16,140 bases of DNA. Origin: Planctomycetota bacterium. Its GTDB lineage: Bacteria; Planctomycetota; GCA-002687715; DRQF01. The stretch covers positions 1 through 16,140 of the forward strand of contig JAZGFI010000114.1 in the NCBI GenBank assembly GCA_036479435.1, read 5' to 3'. Under the pieces are notes generated by a model. That model ran no database searches. It saw nothing but the letters and a program-made list of their open reading frames with translations, and was not told the origin of the DNA. This document shows, piece by piece, positions 8,103 through 15,242 of the stretch; positions within the stretch are counted from its first letter, which is position 1, and every line of letters begins with the position of its first letter. The translations under genes were made by a program, and so were the position numbers.

Positions 8103-8631
8103 CTGCCCCGAGTTTTCGGGGTGGGCTTCGGCTTCCGGGCGTCTTCCAGCAAGACGCCAGCGATCCGCAGGAAATCAGATTCCGTCACAATTCCAAGCAA
8201 CTGACCGTCCCGAGCGACGGGCAAAGACGCAATGCGTTGCTCTCGCATCAATCTGATCGCCTCGAGCGTCGGCATCTCCAGCGGCACATGCCTAATCCGA
8301 CGCCAATCCATCATGCAGGCCACAAAGTCCACGGCCTCGTTTTAGTCGACCGTTAATGAGTCGGTCTGCATGTACTGCTCGACGCGCTGAAAGTGACGCT
8401 CCCAGCCGCCGCCCTCGTCGAGACTGGCAAGATCCCAAGTGTGGACCGACCGGGCGATTGCCTTGTTGGCGGCGCGTCATCCTCGCCGTCAGTGCCGCCA
8501 TCCGTTCGAAAAGGTCTTCGAACTGCGAAAAAACAAGTGCCCTCAAGGGCGTTGATGTCGCGAATGACGCGCCGAACGAAGGTCCTTAGCATCTGCGGGT
8601 TGAACTTGTTCTCGATGTTGTGCGCGTCCAT
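8099..8631 (-). pseudogene. Decayed CBS-pair protein of the glutamate-cysteine-ligase-family/CBS type
   Basis: Three collinear fragments in different frames: MDAHNIENKFNPQMLRTFVRRVIRDINALE; FERMAALTARMTRRQQGNRPV; HTWDLASLDEGGGWERHFQRVEQYMQTDSLTVD*NEAVDFVACMMDWRRIRHVPLE/MPTLEAIRLMREQRIASLPVARDGQLLGIVTESDFL. There is a 4-bp duplication at 8444-8451 and an in-frame TAA at 8344-8342. GGAGAG RBS retained. Confidence 0.78.
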
Positions 8632-8656
8632 GGCGATCTCTCCAGCAACTCACGAG

Positions 8657-8676
8657 GCTCCCCCTCTATTGGGAGC
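8657..8676. terminator. Hairpin GCTCCC-N8-GGGAGC downstream of rlmN
   Basis: 6-bp GC-rich stem 20 nt after the rlmN stop. No clear U-tract. Confidence 0.3.
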
Positions 8677-8696
8677 AACGGTTCCCCTTTGCGCTT

Positions 8697-9797
8697 TCAT
8701 TCTGCCGGATGCGCGGGATCTACCGCGCGACCTAAGGGGTTGTGGGAGCCCCCTCGGCCCGCCGCTCTGGACCTCACGAGCTGACCACAGGCCGCCGCGA
8801 TGTCGGCCCCCAGGGAATAGCGCAACGTCACTCGAAAACCGCGATCCTTCAGCCTTTTCGAGAATTTTCGGCAGCGATCCAAAGGAGTCGCGCGCAGATC
8901 AAGAGATGCCGCACCCTCGTTGAAGGGAATGAGATTGACGTGGACATCTAAGCCTTGAAGCCAAGCGACGAGGGCTTCGAAGTCCTCGTCTCGATCGTTT
9001 TCACCCGCCAACATGACATACTCGATCATCGTTGGACGCTGGCGAATGATGCCGGTCTCGCGGACGACGTCTTTGAGCTCTGAGACGCTTGTCTTCTTCG
9101 CTAAGGGCACAAGTCGACGGCGCACTTCGTCGCGGGCGGCGTGGAGGCTCAAGGCCAAATTCACCGCCGGAAATCGCCGAGCAAAGCGCTTCATCGCCTC
9201 GACTTCTCCAACCGTCGAAACGAGAACTTTCTGCGCAGAGAAACCAAAACCTCTTGGCGCCGTTAGACGTTCGACCGCGTCGGCGACGGCGTCCTCATTG
9301 TGGAAGGGCTCACCCATCCCCATGAAAACGACGTTGCGAATGCTGCGGTGTTCGGGGCACAAAATCTCGTTGGCCTGAGCAACCTGGTCGAGAATTTCAT
9401 CGCGACTGAGATTGCGAGAGATCCCCATGTCTCCGGTCGCGCAAAAAAGGCAACCCGCAGCACACCCTACTTGAGACGAAACACAAAGCGAGGTCCGCCC
9501 GCTGTCTACTCGAAGAATCACGGTTTCAATCGCGAAGCCGTCCGCAGTCTTGAAGATCAGCTTGCTCGCGCCGTCGCGTTGCGAATCGTGCCGCTCGCAA
9601 AACTCCAGGCAATGGAAATCGACTTCTGCCTTGACCTTTTTTCGCAAGTCACCCGCCAGCTGACCAAGTGCAAACGCAGCGCCTCGACCGTGCTTGAGGA
9701 AGTCCAGATACACTTGACGTAAAACCTGAGGGTCCATTCCTATCTTCCGCGCCACGCGGCGGGCCGAGTCCTCGTCGAACACACTGATCTTGGCCAC
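8697..9797 (-). CDS. rlmN: Dual-specificity RNA methyltransferase RlmN (radical SAM)
   Basis: TSLCVSSQVGCAAGCLFCATG, NVVFMGMGEP, LALSLH, IEYVML, VNLIPFN and GADIAAACGQL. Start reassigned to GTG 9797, preceded by AGGAAAGG and 2 nt after the upstream stop. 366 aa. Confidence 0.9.
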   Translation of the reverse strand: MAKISVFDEDSARRVARKIGMDPQVLRQVYLDFLKHGRGAAFALGQLAGDLRKKVKAEVDFHCLEFCERHDSQRDGASKLIFKTADGFAIETVILRVDSGRTSLCVSSQVGCAAGCLFCATGDMGISRNLSRDEILDQVAQANEILCPEHRSIRNVVFMGMGEPFHNEDAVADAVERLTAPRGFGFSAQKVLVSTVGEVEAMKRFARRFPAVNLALSLHAARDEVRRRLVPLAKKTSVSELKDVVRETGIIRQRPTMIEYVMLAGENDRDEDFEALVAWLQGLDVHVNLIPFNEGAASLDLRATPLDRCRKFSKRLKDRGFRVTLRYSLGADIAAACGQLVRSRAAGRGGSHNPLGRAVDPAHPAE

Positions 9798-9799
9798 GG

Positions 9800-10522
9800 C
9801 TACCTTTCCTCTGCCGGGCGCGACATGATGATGGCCATCGCGATAAGGGCGAGGGGCAACAGCAACAGACCGAAGCCGAGCAACCACCGGCGAGTTGGCG
9901 CCAGCTCCCGTACCACCAAGCGCTCGACCTCATCGACGCTCACGGCAACGGCAATACGGCGCCCCTGGGGATCAAATGCGATTGCAGCCAGATTCGCCGC
10001 ACCATTGTCGTCCAGCAATTCGCCGCTCCAAGAGTTCAGCTCACGAAGAGCACGCGTCGCGTTCTCTTGCCCCGCCAAACTAAAGATCAAGTCGGGAGCT
10101 TGGTCGGCAAGACGGGTGTCGAAGATTCGTTTGCCCTCAGAATCTCTCAGTACAACAAAAGCTCCTGGGCATGCTCCCGCCGACGCCAAAGCCCAACGCT
10201 CGCGAAAGGCGCGGATCTCGTCGGCCAAGACCTCAGCCTCCTCCGCATTGCTCAACTCGGGCTCATCGGGGACCAAAGTTGATCCGTCGACAAGGTCGAG
10301 TTTCTTAGAGGGCAAGGCCGGGCGTGCCAGTGCCTGAGCGACTCGAGCTAACTGGCTCAACTCGCGGTCGCGAAGAGTCTCGACATTGCGTCGGTGCGCA
10401 ATGAGGCTACAGAGGTTGGCCAGACTAATGACCAAGACCCCGAGAAAAAGAGCCAGATAGTGCCGGACTTGTTTACCGTCCGGAATCGGCTCAACTTTGA
10501 CGGCGCGAATGACTTCTTCCAT
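9800..10522 (-). CDS. Two-TM membrane protein with an extracytoplasmic sensor-like (Cache-like) domain and no cytoplasmic output domain
   Basis: TM1 YLALFLGVLVISLANLCSLIA and TM2 WLLGFGLLLLPLALIAMAIIM. Between them is a helix then FVVLRDSEGKRIFDT...AAIAFDPQGRRIAVAVSV beta pattern. Only SRPAEER follows TM2. Start is ATG 10522, with a TATGAT -10-like hexamer just upstream, or alternatively 10549. Confidence 0.65.
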   Translation of the reverse strand: MEEVIRAVKVEPIPDGKQVRHYLALFLGVLVISLANLCSLIAHRRNVETLRDRELSQLARVAQALARPALPSKKLDLVDGSTLVPDEPELSNAEEAEVLADEIRAFRERWALASAGACPGAFVVLRDSEGKRIFDTRLADQAPDLIFSLAGQENATRALRELNSWSGELLDDNGAANLAAIAFDPQGRRIAVAVSVDEVERLVVRELAPTRRWLLGFGLLLLPLALIAMAIIMSRPAEER

Positions 10523-10597
10523 GACACCGAGATCATAACCAAGTCGCATGCCAATCGTGCAAAAGGTCCATCCTGATTCGACTCGGCCCCGTCTCTA

Positions 10598-10661
10598 ACT
10601 CCGAACGAAGCCAAAGGTTGGCGAGCGACACCCATTCGCTAAAGCTCAGCGAGCTTGGAGT
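10598..10661. other. Cloverleaf-like four-way-junction structure (candidate ncRNA or REP-like element)
   Basis: Closing stem ACTCC/GGAGT encloses three perfect hairpins: GCCAA-AGG-TTGGC, AGCGA-CACCCAT-TCGCT and AAGCTC-AGC-GAGCTT. Confidence 0.4.
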
Positions 10662-10778
10662 CGATGAACAGTGAGAGGAATTGCATGGCCACGAAGCTTC
10701 AGCTTCGCGGTTTCAACCCAAGATTCCGTGAAATCCACCGGAAATCCGGAAAGTGCCACGGGCTGAAGAGAGCTACAA

Positions 10779-11126
10779 ATGGAAAGCAGCAGCAATCTGC
10801 GTGAAGAGCCGCGTCAGAAACAGATTTTCTACCAAGGCCGCATCCGCAAAGACGACGGCGACACCCTCGGCAAGGTCTGGGACCTTAGCCTTGGAGGCTT
10901 GCGGCTCGTCACGGAACACGAAGCCGAAGTCGGCAGCGCGCAAACGATCTCGATCGAGCTTCCTTCGGAGTCTCAAAATGAGATCTCGGTGCAGCTCAAG
11001 GCCACTTGCGTGTGGAGCCGCGCCTCCGAACTCCCCGGTTACCACGACAGTGGTTTTGTTTTCACCGGGTTGACTGAAGATCAAGTACGACTACTCGAGG
11101 CCCTCATGGCCGTGAGCTCGTTCTAA
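10779..11126 (+). CDS. Stand-alone PilZ domain protein (putative c-di-GMP receptor)
   Basis: RxxxR (REEPR) and D/NxSxxG (DLSLGG) motifs. C-terminal ATCVWSR...GFVF..L pattern. 115 aa. Confidence 0.9.
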   Translation: MESSSNLREEPRQKQIFYQGRIRKDDGDTLGKVWDLSLGGLRLVTEHEAEVGSAQTISIELPSESQNEISVQLKATCVWSRASELPGYHDSGFVFTGLTEDQVRLLEALMAVSSF

Positions 11127-11130
11127 GAAC

Positions 11131-11152
11131 AGGTCGCTCTTAGGAGCGACCT
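11131..11152. terminator. Perfect 9-bp hairpin between convergent PilZ gene and pta
   Basis: AGGTCGCTC-TTAG-GAGCGACCT. The loop contains the pta stop codon. Confidence 0.55.
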
Positions 11153-12099
11153 AGGGCCTGCGCAATCACCGCAACATCGACGATGTCCGCGGCGCTACAA
11201 CCCCGCGACAGGTCCATGAAGGGTCGACTGAGTCCCTGCAAGAGTGGTCCGAGCGCCTTTGCTTTCGCGAGGCGCTCTGTCAATTTGTAGGCGATGTTTC
11301 CAGAATCGAGATCCGGGAACACAAACACGTTCGCACGCCCCGCAAGCGCTGAGCTCGGCGCCTTGTTCTTGGCGACCTCGGGAACGAAGGCGGCATCAAA
11401 CTGAAGCTCGCCGTCGATGGCGATTTTTGGCGCTGCAATTTTTGCAAGTTCGGTCGCCGTTTTGACTTTGTCAGCTCGGGGGTGCCGGGCGCTCCCCTTC
11501 GTCGAGAATGACAAAAACGCGACGCGCGCTTCCTCCCCCGTCAAGCGTTCGTGATTACGCGCCGCTTCGACGCCGATCTCTGCCAACTGCTCAGGGTCGG
11601 GGTCGGGGTTGACTCCGCAATCGGCGTAGGTCAGCACGGTGCCGTCCGGCAACTCCATCAAGAAGAAACTCGAGACGAGCTTGGTACCGAGCGGGCACCC
11701 CACACCTCGAATGGCCGCTTTAATGACGGAGCTTGTCGTCGATGCGCTGCCCGCGACGGAAGCATCCACAATGTTGCGTTTGAGAAGCAAAGCCCCAAAC
11801 AACAATGGATCGGCGAGAGCCTGCCGTGCCTCTTCGACACTGAGGTTCTTCGCTTTTTTCCAATCGGCGTAGAAATCGGCGCTTGCGGCGAGAGTCTCTT
11901 CGTCATCGAGTGGCATGATGAAAGCGCCGGGCATCTCAAAGTCATCGCCAGGACGCCGAATGAGGACGGGACGGGCCCAGCCTTCATCCATCAGAATCTG
12001 CGCGGCTTCTCTCACCCGGGGATCAAAAGCCTCGGGGAACACCACGGCCCCGGGATCGGCCTTGGCCTCGGCGCGAAGGCGATCGAGAACAAGGCTCAC
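11140..12099 (-). CDS. pta: Phosphate acetyltransferase (short PTA/PTB class)
   Basis: [66 protein letters not shown] and [15 protein letters not shown] start overlaps the upstream TGA (GTGA). Confidence 0.93.
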   Translation of the reverse strand: MSLVLDRLRAEAKADPGAVVFPEAFDPRVREAAQILMDEGWARPVLIRRPGDDFEMPGAFIMPLDDEETLAASADFYADWKKAKNLSVEEARQALADPLLFGALLLKRNIVDASVAGSASTTSSVIKAAIRGVGCPLGTKLVSSFFLMELPDGTVLTYADCGVNPDPDPEQLAEIGVEAARNHERLTGEEARVAFLSFSTKGSARHPRADKVKTATELAKIAAPKIAIDGELQFDAAFVPEVAKNKAPSSALAGRANVFVFPDLDSGNIAYKLTERLAKAKALGPLLQGLSRPFMDLSRGCSAADIVDVAVIAQALGRS

Positions 12100-12446
12100 G
12101 ACCGGCCGCGCTCCGGCAGCGGAAAGCCCTCGGGTAGGTCCAACTCAAGGTACAAAGCACCGAGGCCGTGCGTCTTACCCTGGGCATCGGTTTTCAGGCT
12201 TTCCGAACCGCCACCACCCAAGGAGTCGTGGAGGATGAAATTGAAAGCTAGCAGATTGGGAACTTCGTAGCGAACGATATCTCCAAAGCAAATGTCGCCG
12301 AAGTGGTCCTTCATCCGCTCAACCGTGAGCTCTTTTTCGAGAAAGGCATAGGCTTCCGGCGTGTAGGCGATGATACCGACGTTACTACCGTCACCCTTGT
12401 CACCGGATCTTGCGTAGGCCAGCTGTGAAAGTCGAACGCGCGGCAT
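12096..12446 (-). CDS. Small AtuA-related protein (stand-alone C-terminal AtuA domain)
   Basis: [49 protein letters not shown] resemble the C-terminal module of full-length AtuA. Start overlaps the upstream stop (TAATG). Confidence 0.85.
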   Translation of the reverse strand: MPRVRLSQLAYARSGDKGDGSNVGIIAYTPEAYAFLEKELTVERMKDHFGDICFGDIVRYEVPNLLAFNFILHDSLGGGGSESLKTDAQGKTHGLGALYLELDLPEGFPLPERGRS

Positions 12447-13819
12447 TAGTTCACCTCCTCAACCGTAACCTTGGTCTCAACGCGATTCTTGTCGAGGAGG
12501 GCTGGCCAATAGCCAATGATATCGGTGGCCTTAGGACGCCCGCCGGCAAAGCCGGTCACGCCCGGAGGCCCACTCGTCACTAGGGGGACGATCTCCATAC
12601 CGAGGCGGTCGATCTTTTTTTTGTCGCTACCCTTGGCACCGATTCGGAGGACGACTTCGGCGGGATCAGCGGGTGCCGCGGCGATCCCGGCGTGGCAAAC
12701 GTTGGTTCCGACGATCTCCACCATCCGCTCTTCGTCGCTAAAAATCGCCCCGTCCATCGCGGCGCGGTCGAACACAATATCGGCGCAAAGCCGTGCTTTC
12801 TCAACGGCATCGGGACCGGCGACCGTGAGTTGTCCGATGGCTTTGTAGCCGAGGTGATAAGAGATGGATACTTTGTAGGTCGGAGTCGAAGGCGTGCCCT
12901 TAATGCCGCTAACGCGAACGCGATCTGCGCCATCTTGTTCGAGTTGGATCGAAGTAAAATCGGCGCAACCATCCGGGGTGATGTAGGACTTGGGATCACC
13001 CATTTCATAAAGCAGCTGCGAACTCACGGTTTCAACCGTGACCAAACCGCCGGTGTTGGGATGCTTGGTGACGACGAAACTGCCGTCTTCGTAGGCTTCG
13101 ATAATGGGGTAGCCGATTCGAGCCATATCCGGCACTTCACGCCAATGAACGAAATTGCCACCGGTGCACTGAGCGCCACATTCGACGATGTGACCGGCCA
13201 CCGTGGCGGCGGCGATCTTGTCGTAGTCGTTCCAGTCCCAGCCGAACTCGTGCATCAAGGGAGCCACGACCAAAGATGGGTCGGTGGCTCGCCCCGCAAT
13301 CACGATATCGGCGCCCTGAGCCAAGGCCTCGACGATAGAGGGTGCTCCAATGTAGACGTTAGCGCTCATGACGGCGTCGAGATGCGGAGCAAGTTTCTCG
13401 CCGCTGTCCATGTTCAAAAGCTCATCGCCACCCGCGATGAGACGCGGCAGGTCGGCGAGGATGTCGTCGCCCTCGATGATCGCAATCTTGGTACCTTCAA
13501 GGCCGAGTTTGCGAACGACTTCGGCGACGGCCGCCAAACAGGCGCTGGGATTCACGCCGCCGGCGTTGGCAATGATACGAATGCCGTTTTTCCGCGCGGT
13601 CGGCAAGACCCGCTCGACCATCCGCACAAAGTCGGTGGCGTAGCCCATCTGGGGGTTTCGGTTTTTGAGCTTCTGTAAGATGCTCATGGTGACTTCGGCC
13701 AAATAGTCGAGGGTCAGATAATGCAGAGGCCCCTCTTCCACCAGGCGTACTGGCCCCAAAATACTATCGCCCCAAAAGCCCTGGCCATTCGCCACGAGAA
13801 CTGGTTCACGCGCACCCAT
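12446..13819 (-). CDS. Acyclic terpene utilization AtuA family protein (DUF1446), N-terminal part
   Basis: VANGQGFWGDS, LTLDYLAEVTMSIL, GYATDF, IIANAGGVNP, SANVYIGA, GR.TD, AGHIVECGAQCTGGNF, GYPI.E, QLLYEMGDP..YITPD. GAGG RBS, 457 aa. Confidence 0.92.
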   Translation of the reverse strand: MGAREPVLVANGQGFWGDSILGPVRLVEEGPLHYLTLDYLAEVTMSILQKLKNRNPQMGYATDFVRMVERVLPTARKNGIRIIANAGGVNPSACLAAVAEVVRKLGLEGTKIAIIEGDDILADLPRLIAGGDELLNMDSGEKLAPHLDAVMSANVYIGAPSIVEALAQGADIVIAGRATDPSLVVAPLMHEFGWDWNDYDKIAAATVAGHIVECGAQCTGGNFVHWREVPDMARIGYPIIEAYEDGSFVVTKHPNTGGLVTVETVSSQLLYEMGDPKSYITPDGCADFTSIQLEQDGADRVRVSGIKGTPSTPTYKVSISYHLGYKAIGQLTVAGPDAVEKARLCADIVFDRAAMDGAIFSDEERMVEIVGTNVCHAGIAAAPADPAEVVLRIGAKGSDKKKIDRLGMEIVPLVTSGPPGVTGFAGGRPKATDIIGYWPALLDKNRVETKVTVEEVN

Positions 13820-14033
13820 GGTCGCTCTACCTCATCGAAACAAGTCAAACTAGCTCGCGACTTCGATCCTGGGATCAAGGCCCTCCCGGCGAAACCTCGC
13901 CGCGAGACCAAATCTAACGCAAGGTGCTTCATTGTTCACGACCCACTAGGTCCAGTCTGATAAAGTTGGCACGGGAAGCAGTTCTTTCGGTCCCCAGCTC
14001 GGATGGCGAGATCATGGCACGACAATTCTACGA

Positions 14034-15242
14034 TTGGTTGGTCCTCACCGGCCTCCTGCCCAATTGACCCGGTACCTGAACCCGGCACAGACTCTCACTC
14101 CCCAGGGATTGACGACTCGTTGCACGGTGGTCATCGATGGCACCCACATTGCCTATGTGGGCGATGCCCAGGCCATCCCCGGCGACCTCGAAGCCAAAAG
14201 CAGGTCAGAGTTCGATGCCAGCGGGCTGACCTTGATACCGGGACTCATTGACCTTCAGTTCAACGGGGCCTTTGGCGTCCACATCAGCGACGAGCCCGAT
14301 CGGCTTTGGGAAGCGGGGGCAGGCCTGCCGCGTTTCGGGGTAACACGCTTTCTACCGACTTTGATTAGCAGTGCGCCGTCGCAGACTGACCGGGCCATTG
14401 AGGTGCTCCACCACGGCCCTCCCGCGGGAGACCGGGGCGCCAAGCCGCTGGGCCTGCATTTCGAAGGACCATTTCTTGAGCCTCAAAAGATTGGCGCTCA
14501 CGATGTTTCCCTTTGCAGCGCACCCGACATTGAGTTGATAAAGGGATGGAGCCGCGAGGCTGGCGTAAGGCTCGTCACGCTGGCTCCCGAGATTCCCGGG
14601 GCCGAGGATCTAATACTGGCTTTGTGCGAGCGCGGGGTTTTGGTTTCAGCTGGACACAGCCTCGCCAGCTACGATCAAGCCCACTGCGCCTTCGACCTCG
14701 GCGTGCGCTACGTAACTCACCTGTTCAACGCGATGCCGCCGCTCCACCATCGCGATCCGGGCTTGGCTCTGGCTGCCTTGGACCGCGATGAGATCACAGT
14801 CGGTGTGATTCCCGATGGCATCCACGTTCACCCCGATCTCATACGCATGGTCTGGAATTGCAAAGGCGCAAAACGCATGAGCTTCGTGACCGATGCCATG
14901 TCGGCCATGGGCATGCCGCCGGGACGTTACCCGATGGGCCGTTTCAACATCCTCGTCGACGAAGAATCCGCGCGCCAAGAAGATGGGACTCTCGCTGGCA
15001 GTGTCCTCACCCTCGATGCCGCCCTGCGCAACGCGCAGAGATTTTGCCGCGTTTCACTCGCGGAAGCCATTGCGCCCTTCACCTCGGTACCCGCCTCATT
15101 GCTCGGTCACGACGGCGGGGAGATTAGCGCTGGCAAACGTGCGGACCTGGTGCTTTTGGATGACGCCGGTGAAGTGGTCGCGACTTTCGTCGATGGTGAG
15201 TTGGTCTACGACCGAAGCAGTTACGAGAACGAGCGATCATGA
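14034..15242 (+). CDS. nagA: N-acetylglucosamine-6-phosphate deacetylase
   Basis: PGLIDLQFNG, GLHFEGPFL, GAH, TLAPE, SAGHS, THLFNAM, DGIHVHP, VTDAM and GTLAGS. Start uncertain (TTG 14034 or TTG 14064). Confidence 0.93.
   Translation: MVGPHRPPAQLTRYLNPAQTLTPQGLTTRCTVVIDGTHIAYVGDAQAIPGDLEAKSRSEFDASGLTLIPGLIDLQFNGAFGVHISDEPDRLWEAGAGLPRFGVTRFLPTLISSAPSQTDRAIEVLHHGPPAGDRGAKPLGLHFEGPFLEPQKIGAHDVSLCSAPDIELIKGWSREAGVRLVTLAPEIPGAEDLILALCERGVLVSAGHSLASYDQAHCAFDLGVRYVTHLFNAMPPLHHRDPGLALAALDRDEITVGVIPDGIHVHPDLIRMVWNCKGAKRMSFVTDAMSAMGMPPGRYPMGRFNILVDEESARQEDGTLAGSVLTLDAALRNAQRFCRVSLAEAIAPFTSVPASLLGHDGGEISAGKRADLVLLDDAGEVVATFVDGELVYDRSSYENERS

Noticed and set aside
8697..9797. Cfr-type antibiotic resistance methyltransferase
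   Set aside because: Motifs are RlmN-type (LCVSSQVGC, MGMGEP).
9798..9887. 30-aa N-terminal extension of RlmN
   Set aside because: It overlaps the upstream gene's TM2. A good RBS supports GTG 9797.
10538..10554. Sigma54-like TTGGCATGCGACTTGGT on the minus strand
   Set aside because: The -12 element reads TTGG instead of TTGC, and an adjacent TATGAT sigma70-like -10 explains the site equally well.
10598..10661. tRNA gene or known c-di-GMP riboswitch
   Set aside because: Side loops are only 3 nt, with no TTCRA T-loop, D-loop GG or CCA end. No GCAAA/GNRA-receptor pattern of c-di-GMP-I was seen by eye.
12692..13678. Long antisense or alternate-frame ORFs (328 aa here; also 11551-12270 and 2139-2972)
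   Set aside because: Shadows of well-supported genes in GC-rich DNA with no recognisable motifs.
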